A stretch of DNA of 64,000 nt. Source: Thecamonas trahens ATCC 50062. Taxonomy: Eukaryota; Protista; Apusomonadida. The stretch is taken from assembly GCF_000142905.1 (NCBI RefSeq), contig NW_013657620.1:124001-188000 (forward strand), given 5' to 3'. The notes beneath the pieces are model-generated. The model ran no database searches, was not told the origin of the DNA, and was given only the letters and a program-made list of their open reading frames with translations. The stretch's first letter is position 1. Each line of letters starts with the position of its first letter. Both the position numbers and the translations under genes were made by a program. Positions 21,039 through 30,200 of this stretch are shown piece by piece.

Positions 21039-24000
21039 TTACACGAGTACCAGGTCGGGCAAGCGGCACATTTTGGCGGCGACAGTGCCGGCCTCTTTGG
21101 TGACGACGATGATAAAGTTGCTCATGGGATGGACGTACCAAACGGGAGCATCCGAGACGTGCAGCGAGAGCTTGGGCTTTTGGCCGGAGAGCGAGAGGTT
21201 GGAGACGTCCCAGAACATGACGTTGCCGTCCCAGCCGCCTGTGAGGAGGAACGGGGTGGAACCGCGAATGAGCCAGCAGACTTCAGAAACGACCGAGGTG
21301 TGCGCGTCAAAGACAGCGACCAGGCCCGGATCACCCGGCGTCGTCAGCGGCGAGTAGATGCGGGCTTCGTCCATGTGGGTGGCAAGGGCGAGGAGTGGGG
21401 CGGGACCGGCGACCGACGGCGGCGACCAGGCCATCGACGCAACGGCGCCGTAGTCCATGGCAAACTCGATCAGGAGGGAGAGGCTGAGCGCGTTGACGAC
21501 TGGGACGGCAGTCGGTGTCGGCTCGACGAGCTGAGCACATGTTACGATCGGCGGCGAGTCGAGCAGAGTGAGGTTAAGAGAGTGGAGGGCGACAACGCCG
21601 CCTTCTGCGGCGACAGCGAGCGTCGGCTGGTCGCCGAGCTGGACGGCGACGGCGGTGATGGCAGCGCCGAGCACGGCCTGGGCCGAGGTCGACGGGCCGG
21701 TCAGCCGGGCGATCGGATCGCGGCGGTACCAGCGGAACTCGCTGACAGTCGGCGTGATCTCGATTTGCGAAGAGGTGGAGACCCAATCGCCCTGGAGTGA
21801 ACCAGCCATGGCGGCGTGGGCGGCGGCGTCGAGGAGGGTGAGCGACCAAACAAGGACGGCGCCCGAGGCGTGGCCGGAAAAGCCGAGCGAGCCGTCGTCC
21901 GAGACGGCAAGCGCAGTGACTGCCGAGTTCTCGACCTCACCGTCTTTGTTGAGAAGAAGGCGGTCGTAGAGCAGGTCCCAGCCCGAGGTAAGTAGCGAGA
22001 GCTCGCCGTTGTTGGTGCCGAGGAGGACAAGGCCCTGGGCCGATGCCTGCTTGGCGATTTTGCGGAGTGAGAGGACCCACTTCGAGGTAAGCATCTTGGG
22101 GTTGGCAAAGTCACCGAGCGCCATCATCATCGACATGGTCTCGTCGAGCGGGTCGAGGCCTAGAACCTGGGTCGGGCGCGGGAGAAGAGCGGCGCCGCGG
22201 GCGCGCCACAGATGGAAGCAGTCGCCAAACTGAACACCAACGACAGAGATGGGCATTTCGTCGTCGGCAGCACAGAGAGCGTCAAACCACTCGGAGCGGG
22301 CCACAATGGTGACCAGTGGCGGCGGGAGCTCGGCCGGACCCGTAACCTGGACCATCGACGGCGGGAGAACAGTCATGTGCCGCGACTGGCGGCGCAACAT
22401 GTCGAGCTCGACCTCGAACGATGGCTTGGTGTGTGAGGAGTACGAGTGGTGGCAGGTGGCACACAACAGGTTCCCCAAGATCCCGAGCCCAATCGGGTTC
22501 CCGCCTGCGCTGCTCTCGACAAGTGTCGGGATGCTGGCGTACTCACCGAGCCGGACGTCCCATCGGTGGGGTGGATCGAATCGACCACAGAGGCAGTACT
22601 CGGCAGTGTGCGGCTTTCGAGAGGTGGCAAGGACGGCGACCATTTGCTTTCGTCGGGCGTGCTCGGAGAGCTGGCCGTCGAGGTCTGCGCGAGCAATGGC
22701 CTGGAGCGCGTCGTCGTCCTCGTCGTCCGATGACTCGACCTCGATCTTGGGCGGGGCTTCGGCCTCGCGTTGTTGGGCAATCATCTGTGACATAAAGTCT
22801 GTAGGCTCGGCGGCAGCAGCAGCGGCAGCGATGTCTTTCTCGACGTGCACGCACCGGGCGTGAGTGGCCTTGGCCATCAGGGCGCGGGCTTCCTCATGAG
22901 TAGGATCATACGGCAGATGGGCTTCAAGCGGGTGCCGGCAGTTGTCGCGCGAGCAGATGGGTGCCAAGGCGAGGTAGGACGATGGCGAGACGACGCGTGT
23001 CGGAGGGAGAAGTACGCCGGCGGTGCAGTTGCAGAAGAGGTACGAACAGCGGTTGCCCTCGGCAGCCTGGGCAGTCGCGGTCACAGCGGCATCGCACGGA
23101 AGCTCAACGCGGTGAAGCGCCTTGGGATGGCTACATCCAGCGCAGGCCGCATCGTTGTTGCTCGAGCCACCCGAAGCATACACACTGCACGAGCAGCCGT
23201 AGACCCGGCACGGCTCCGGGTAGCGCTCGTTGGCGGCGCTGGCGACCAGCTCGGCGCACTCTGCTGGGGAAAGCACGTCGGGTGTAACATGCAGCGCCTC
23301 GTGATGGCCGCACTGGTGGCACAACACGTTTGTGGCGAGGCCAAACGAGGTGAGCTTGACCAGGCCAGCGCACTCACAGCCGAAGCGGACACAGGTGGCC
23401 GGAATGGTGGTTGATGTCGGCGGGGAAGGAGCGGCGGCCGGAGCCATGGCGAACCGCTGACCGGCAGGCGCCTTTGCGCCAGCAGGCAAGCCACCGTAGC
23501 CACCGTACGATCCACCGGCGCCACCCGAGTACGAGGAAACCGGCGCTGGCTGGCCGGCGGCGCGCTGCGGTTGCGCCGGGGCGGGCGAGGGCTTGATGGG
23601 CACCTCTGCAAAGACCGGCTTGCCGACAGACGACGCCAGTGCCGGAGTGCCGGGACGAATACTGGCATCGGGCGGAGGCTGCGCGGCGGCGTAGCGCGGG
23701 CGCTTGGCCGCCACCGGGAAGCGGGCCGGAGCCGCTCCAGGAGCGGGCGGGCCGACAACCGGTGCTGGGCCCGAGAGCGAGGCCGAGGCTGGGTGCGGCT
23801 GTGTAGAGTCGTCGTCTCGCTTCCGCTTGCGGCGCGAGTCGAGATGGACCGACGGCGAGGCCGAGCGCGAGCGTGTGGGAGAGGCTGTGGCCGAGGTCGG
23901 CACTCCGTCGCCGATGTCCATGGGCAGGGTAGCGGTAGCCTCGTCGTCGGACTCGGGCGACTCGAGCTGCGCCTCAGACGACGACGGGGACGACGACGAC

Positions 24001-24077
24001 GCCCGCGGGGCGTACCCGTTGCCCAAAACAGAGCCCCCATTACCAGGCGGTACAGTCGGTGGGAGCGAGTCGGCCAT
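21039..24077 (-). CDS. Protein with four Cys/His zinc-binding repeats and a C-terminal WD40 beta-propeller
   Basis: CxxxxCxC...CxxCxHxxxxH repeats. WD-like repeats: SAVTALAVSDDGSLGFSGHASGAVLVW, AHTSVVSEVCW...LLTGGWDGNVMFWD. ATG (MADSLPP) at 24077; NLS-like RRKRKR. Confidence 0.75.
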   Translation of the reverse strand: MADSLPPTVPPGNGGSVLGNGYAPRASSSSPSSSEAQLESPESDDEATATLPMDIGDGVPTSATASPTRSRSASPSVHLDSRRKRKRDDDSTQPHPASASLSGPAPVVGPPAPGAAPARFPVAAKRPRYAAAQPPPDASIRPGTPALASSVGKPVFAEVPIKPSPAPAQPQRAAGQPAPVSSYSGGAGGSYGGYGGLPAGAKAPAGQRFAMAPAAAPSPPTSTTIPATCVRFGCECAGLVKLTSFGLATNVLCHQCGHHEALHVTPDVLSPAECAELVASAANERYPEPCRVYGCSCSVYASGGSSNNDAACAGCSHPKALHRVELPCDAAVTATAQAAEGNRCSYLFCNCTAGVLLPPTRVVSPSSYLALAPICSRDNCRHPLEAHLPYDPTHEEARALMAKATHARCVHVEKDIAAAAAAAEPTDFMSQMIAQQREAEAPPKIEVESSDDEDDDALQAIARADLDGQLSEHARRKQMVAVLATSRKPHTAEYCLCGRFDPPHRWDVRLGEYASIPTLVESSAGGNPIGLGILGNLLCATCHHSYSSHTKPSFEVELDMLRRQSRHMTVLPPSMVQVTGPAELPPPLVTIVARSEWFDALCAADDEMPISVVGVQFGDCFHLWRARGAALLPRPTQVLGLDPLDETMSMMMALGDFANPKMLTSKWVLSLRKIAKQASAQGLVLLGTNNGELSLLTSGWDLLYDRLLLNKDGEVENSAVTALAVSDDGSLGFSGHASGAVLVWSLTLLDAAAHAAMAGSLQGDWVSTSSQIEITPTVSEFRWYRRDPIARLTGPSTSAQAVLGAAITAVAVQLGDQPTLAVAAEGGVVALHSLNLTLLDSPPIVTCAQLVEPTPTAVPVVNALSLSLLIEFAMDYGAVASMAWSPPSVAGPAPLLALATHMDEARIYSPLTTPGDPGLVAVFDAHTSVVSEVCWLIRGSTPFLLTGGWDGNVMFWDVSNLSLSGQKPKLSLHVSDAPVWYVHPMSNFIIVVTKEAGTVAAKMCRLPDLVLV

Positions 24078-24488
24078 GCCCCTCTCCAGCTGCGCGTCCC
24101 AGTGCGGTGGTGACGGACTGGCGTCTGCTTCCGATCGCCGGCCGATCGTGATCAGCCGGCCGTCCCTTGAGGGGAGGGGGGGGAGGGGCAAGGGCAGTAG
24201 CGAGCGATAGCAGGCAGTGAGAGGAGCGCGAGTGGTATGATAGCAAACTAGAGCGTATGGAGCATATGGCTATTGCCTGTGTACGGCTGTGTGCGTGTGT
24301 GGTACGACGATGGCGGGAAGCGGTAGAAGGTGGATGGACGGCGGTGGGTGTGGCTGCGGATGGGGTTGGAAAAAGGTCGCACTTTGGCTGCCGGCGGCGG
24401 CAGCGGGCGTTTGGCGCGCACCGACAGCAGACGGAGAGAGGGGACCACCTGACTGACTGCACGAGACGAGGTGGAAAGGGAGCAGGGT

Positions 24489-25985
24489 ATGGAAGAGGTA
24501 CTTGCGGCAGTGTGTGGCCGGCGGAGAGTGAGTGTGTCTGTGGTCAATGCCGAGGCAGCAGCGTGTGGTACCGAGGGCGTCCGAGCCTTTGCACGGTCAC
24601 CTGCGGTAGCTGATGAGGCTCGTCGGCTGGCTCACCTTCCGTCGGCATCGTTTGACATCAACCACGAGCACTCGGCGCTGTGGGATGTCCTCCACCCGGA
24701 GAGCAGCATTCGGAAGGCAGTCCTTGTCCAGGGCCCGACACTCGACCTCTTTGCTGCTGTCCAGCAGCCGGGCGTGCTCGAGGCCTACAATGACAGCCGT
24801 GCTGGCAACGGCCATGGGGCTGGTCGAGCGGCATCGTGGGAGGTGGGCATGACCGGCATTCTGCTGGATGCCGCCCTGCAGCTGCGGACCGATCTGGTGG
24901 CACTAGAGGCGTCGTCATCGGTGGCGGTGGCCATGCCCTCGGTGCCTTCGATGGATACGCCGACGGCGGGCGGAGAAGGAGTGTGTGTGGCTGGCGATGG
25001 CGACGAGTTGGCAGACGGCTCGTCGATCTTTGCCTTTACTCCCTCGCCCGAGGCGAGGCCCGTGGGGATGCGGACGCCGTTGCGAGCGGCGAGGCAGACG
25101 CCGGGGCAGTTTCACACGCCGGGCCGGAAGCCGACGCCTGGGCGGTCGCCCGGAGAGTCGCCGGCGCGGTCGCGCATTAATGTCAAGCCGCAAGTGCGCG
25201 GGGCGATCCGGCTGGCCAGCGCGTGGCGGGTTCCGCCGCCGTCGCCAGACGCGATTCGAATTCTCAACACGCCCGAGAAAGCGCGGCCGCTGGCGGGCCC
25301 GCTGGCGCGGGTGCTGGACGACGCAGCGGCGCTATCGCCTATTGGGGCGGCGTCGCCGTTGGGCGGCGGCGGCGAGCACTATGTTTCGATGGAGAGCTCC
25401 CCGATGCTGGACTCGCGCGAGTATGCCGAGGCACCACTTCCGCGTGGGACGCCTGTGAGCACGCCGCTGTCTGCCACGACCTCGCTCGCGCTGCACTACC
25501 TGACCAAGGCGTGGAAGTTCATGGCCAAGCTGCCGGCCGGCTCGCGGCCACTGGGCAAGGCGCTCACGCCGCTGGCGCCTTTTGTGGGGAGCGACGGCAC
25601 GGTCTTCCGAGGGCTGCTTCTCACGTGGACGCCGCGGGTGTTCGAGGCGATGGCGGCGGCGCAAGAGTGCAAGGACGCGGCGCTGGTTGACCTTGTCCGG
25701 TCGCAGCTCGAGGGCCAGGCAACAGTAGTGGCGACAGTGGGTGAGGCGGGCAAGCTGTTTGTGGCGTCGGCACCGATCCACGACGTGGCCAACCCGCTGG
25801 AGGACAGCCCGGCGCGTGGGCGGCTGCCGGGCTACGGCCTGCGTGTCCGGCTCCGGCCGGGTCTCGGCCTCGGGACTGGGAACGAGGTGCTCATTCCAGT
25901 CCACGTAGCACGGCGCGAGCTGCTGCGGCGCGACGTGAACCCCGCATTTGCGAGCTTTTGGGAGTGGCACCCGCACACGCTCTGA
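24489..25985 (+). CDS. Hypothetical protein with a central S/T-P-rich disordered linker
   Basis: Long ORF with coding-like codon usage; ATG at 24489. No family recognised. Confidence 0.6.
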   Translation: MEEVLAAVCGRRRVSVSVVNAEAAACGTEGVRAFARSPAVADEARRLAHLPSASFDINHEHSALWDVLHPESSIRKAVLVQGPTLDLFAAVQQPGVLEAYNDSRAGNGHGAGRAASWEVGMTGILLDAALQLRTDLVALEASSSVAVAMPSVPSMDTPTAGGEGVCVAGDGDELADGSSIFAFTPSPEARPVGMRTPLRAARQTPGQFHTPGRKPTPGRSPGESPARSRINVKPQVRGAIRLASAWRVPPPSPDAIRILNTPEKARPLAGPLARVLDDAAALSPIGAASPLGGGGEHYVSMESSPMLDSREYAEAPLPRGTPVSTPLSATTSLALHYLTKAWKFMAKLPAGSRPLGKALTPLAPFVGSDGTVFRGLLLTWTPRVFEAMAAAQECKDAALVDLVRSQLEGQATVVATVGEAGKLFVASAPIHDVANPLEDSPARGRLPGYGLRVRLRPGLGLGTGNEVLIPVHVARRELLRRDVNPAFASFWEWHPHTL

Positions 25986-25992
25986 GCTCAAA

Positions 25993-27122
25993 TCAGCGGC
26001 GCATGTTGTACTTGCGGTAGTTTGCGGCAAAGGCCTCGTCCGACGCGCCGCCGGCGCGGAACTTGTCCCATGCCTCCTGGCGCGGATCGTTCGGCCGCGG
26101 CCGCGGGGCCCGCCCTCCGACCTGCCCGCGGTCGGCGCCCTTGCGCGGCTTGTCGCCAAACTCGGTGTATGAGCGGTAGCGGCGGTAGCCGGCAGCGCGG
26201 TTGGCAGCGCCCGGGGTGTCGGCAACCTCGACACCGCCTCTGCGCTTGCGCCACGCCCACCGCTCCGCCTTGACCTTTGCCAGCATGTCCTTGCGGGCGT
26301 CGGCAGTCGCCTGCACGTTGCGCAGCAGATGCTCGGCCGGCAAATCAACCTCGACAATGTTGGTTAGCGAGAGCTTGGAGGCGAGCTCATCCTTGTCAGC
26401 CGTGTCAGCCCCGACCAGACCAAAGCCCTTGCGCCGCTTGGCGCCCTTGACAATCGCCGTCAGCACGTTGTCCTTCTCCTGAATCCGCAGCGTCTCTGGC
26501 ACAGCGTAGATGTCGTCGTCGTCAGCGGGGCCTTCTCCGTCATTGCCCTCCCCGCCTTGCCCTCCGGCACCTGCCGTGCTGGCCCCTCCCCGCTCGGCCT
26601 CCTTCCTCTTCCGCATCTCCTCCTCCACATGCTTGTGCATGAGCGAGTCGACAACCTCTGTCGACTCTGTGGTGAACTGCGAAGTGAGGCCGGCCTCATC
26701 AGCAACCTTGCGCATCTTCAGCTTCCTCCTCAGCTCCTTGTCCGCCTCACTCCCTCCGGCACCGCCCACCAGTCCGTACTCGGCCTCGTCTCCACCGGCA
26801 CTCCCCGCCACCACGCCCGACGCAAACGCCGCCAGTCCGCCTCTTCCGCCACCAGGCCCATGTCTGCTGGCCTGTCGAGCAACAGCCGCCACGTCACGCC
26901 CGCTCCGCTTGCGCTTCCGGTTGCCGACACCGAGTGTCAGAGCAGATGGTGGCTCTTCTGTGGCAGTGGGGGAGGGGCGGTGGGTGTGGTGGTGGGAGGG
27001 GCGGTGGGTGTGGTGGTGGTAGCGGTGGGCGTGGTGGGTGTGGGCGTGGGCGTCGGCGTGGGCGTCGGCTCCGGGCGGCGGCGTTTGTTGGCTGTCGCCT
27101 TGCCCTTGCGCTTCTTGAACAT
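25993..27122 (-). CDS. C9orf78: C9orf78/Tls1/HCA59 spliceosome-associated protein; apparent frameshift at about 26970
   Basis: FTTEST...MHKHVEEEMRKRK, IYAVPETL, LTNIVEVDLPAEHLLRNVQATADA, ASDEAFAANYRK. ATG MFKKRKGK at 27122 is one frame off; one extra C in the C5 run (26968-72) joins the two parts. Confidence 0.82.
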
Positions 27123-27241
27123 GGTGGGAGTGGGGTGGTGGTGGTGGTGGTGGTGGTCGGTGTGGTCGTTCGGGCAAGTCGCACTACGGCGACGGTTCGG
27201 CGGTTGCGATGGTGCGACGGTTCGGCGGTGCGACGGTGAGT

Positions 27242-30200
27242 TCATTCAAGATCAGCTGGTGAGCTTTTGAGGGCAGACGAGTTGGATCGCTTAAAGTCGC
27301 TGGGAGTGGTAGAGGAGAGCTGAGAGGCGATGACGTTGATGGTGGGCCGGGAGAGCTCATCAGCATGCCAGCAGCTGTTGATGATGTCGCGGAGGAGGGG
27401 CGAGGGGATGACGGCGGCGTCGATCGGCGGCCGGTGCCCACTGGCAATGTGGTAGCCGACCTCGAGGGCGTTTGTGCCAGAAAAGGCCGGGCGGGCGGTG
27501 ATGACCTCGTAGAGGATCGAGCCCAGGACAAAGATGTCGCCCTTGCGAGTGCCAGGGACACCGGCCAGGTCCTCGGGAGACATGTAGGCGATGGCTGGGA
27601 CGAGGGTCATGGTTCCCATCGAGGCGCGGATGCCTTGCAGGCCATAGTCGACGAGGTGAGCATCGATGACGCGGCCCTGTGGCCGGACAAGGAGGATGTT
27701 GGACGGCCGGAGTGAGCCGTGACCGGCGCCGAAGCGGGTGTGCAGCTCGTGGAGCGACTTGGCTAGGCCCACCATGGCCAGCCGCGTCTCGGCAGCGGTC
27801 AGCATCCGCGAGCCTGTATCGATGTTGACTGCGTTGCGGAGCGAGAGGCCCGGGTAGTAGCGGAAGACAAGAGCGATGTTGGGCCTGCAAAAGCACGCCT
27901 GCTTCGGCCCTACCAACCGAGAGCTGGCCGCCCGCGCCGCCCGTGCCGCCAGAATCGCCACCCGCAGCAGCTCGGCCGGGCGGAACTCTTGCCGCAGCAG
28001 GACTTTGATGACCACAGGCACGCCGTCGAGCGTCGCGCGATGGACGTTGGCGTACGAGCCAAGCCAAGTGTGACACGAGGTCTCGACGTGCCGCCGCAGC
28101 ACGGCTCCGGGCACCAGCCACTCGGCCAGGACCCGTGACTCGCCACAGAGTGACATGCTGAGGCCCATTTCCGGAATAATGTCCTCTTCGAGAGGAGCAA
28201 TCTCGGCAGGCGCACGCGCGCTTGCGCCAGCCTTCTTGTCTCGGCCCGCGGGCTTGCGTTCAGCATCAGGCGCCCTGTCTGCCTTTCTATCTAAACCCAC
28301 ATATGACAGCGCATCCAGCAGCTGTCCCGTCGATGATGACGACGAGCGCGAGAGCAATGTCGGATGGTCCTGGACTTGGCCTTGGCCTTGGTCCTGACTG
28401 CCGTCGTCCCTGTTGGGGTGCGCGAAGACACAGGCTCGGTCTGTGCTTCGCTGTTGCCATCTTGCGTGGGCTTGGCGGCCGCGAGCATGACCGGATACTC
28501 CTCGGCCGAGGCCTGGCGACGGACTTCGCGCGGCGGCGGCAGAGCAACATGGTCGACGACCACGCCTGACGGAGAGCTCGAGCTCGAGCTCGTGATAGCT
28601 TGTAGAACAAGGGCATCAGAACGCGACGATGTTGCGGTTGGCGACGTCGAGGTTGACGATGTTGTTGATGATGAAGACAACGACAGTGACGTAGAGCTAG
28701 ATGATGAGAGCGACAACGTCGATGAGGCATGAGCCTGTTCCGAGCGCTTGGACTTGCGGCGGCCGTTGCGGTGTCTCTTGCGGCGGCGCGAGGAGCGACT
28801 GGTGCGCGAGCGGCGTGACTTGCGGCGCAACTTGCGATGCGACTTGGACTTGGATCTGGACTTGGCACTGGCGTTGGGAGCAGTACCGTCGTCCTCTTCC
28901 TGTTGCTCGTGGCCATCTTCGACGTCCTTGTTCTTGTCGGGAGCAGATGGGCGCCAAGTGTCACATGAGCTCGGAAGCTCGGCGACCCGCGGCGGCGGCG
29001 GAGTGCTTGTCGCGGATGCAGTCGAGGTCAATCGCGAGGCTGCAGACGGCGCCGACTGCATCGGGCTCGGCGCGGCGTTGGTACCGTGCCCATCAGCTGC
29101 GACCGGGTTGGCGACGTCAAGCCTCGGGGTGGAGCTTGAGCCATCGACAAGCGCGCTTTTTGAGGCGACGGCGGAAGCCTGGGTCTTGGCAGCGGCACGT
29201 GCGCGGCGAGACATTGCGCGCGGCGACATCCGGTCAGCCGGCTCGGCAGGCAGGGAGTTGCGAGTGACGACAACGTCGCCAAGACGCTGGTACTGGTACA
29301 CGACGAGATCAGTGTCCGGAGCCACGTGAGTGGTTGGCAGCTCGAGCTGGAAGAGCGCAACGCTGGACATGCCGAGGAGCTCGGAAGCGAGGTCCGAGTG
29401 GAAGAAGACGCCACCCGGCAGGTGATGCTCCCAAGAGGCACAGAGCGGAAAGGTGACCGAGAGCAGCGGCTCAAAGCCCGAGCCGGCGGCACCAAAGAGA
29501 AAGACCCAAAGGCGAGCGAGGTCGGTGATGACCGGGCCCGAGAGCGAGACGTGGCCAAGACCGTCGGTCGACGAGACGATGGGCCCAAAGGTGGCCGCCA
29601 TGGACAGGCTGTGGGTCTCGTTCTCGATGCGAGAAAAGTGAGTGACGACGTCGACGACCTGGGCCGGCTTGTAGCACGCGACCGAGATCCATCCGAGCCC
29701 CCAGTCGATGATCGAGCCGCCGCCGCGGCGGGCAAGCGTGGGCGCGTGGTTGTGAAAGGCGCGAATTCGGGCAGCGGCGTTGTAGGTGTCCGAGACTAGG
29801 GCGGCGAGGGCGGCGCGCGCCATGATGCGGATGATGCCGACGGTGCCCGACGGGGCGGCGGAAGTGTTTGGGTAGACGACGGCCTGCGGAGAGTAGAGGG
29901 TGCCGAGGACAGCCGAGGCCTCGTCGAGCGTTGGGCGCTCATTGGGGTTGGGCAGCCACAGGGCCTCGATGATGGGCTTGAGCTGGGCGAGGGCGAGCGG
30001 GACGTCGTCGAGGTCAGGCCGGCGGCCATGGACAACCTCGAGGGCGACAGCGAGCGGATTCTCGCCAGGATATAGGTCGCCACGGGTGGCAAGCTCCCAG
30101 AGGGTGAGGGCAAGCGAGTACGCGTCCGACGCTGATGAGAGAGCGGCGGCGCCCTGGACAAGGACCTCGGGTGCGGTCCAGAACAGAGTACCGATGTTTT

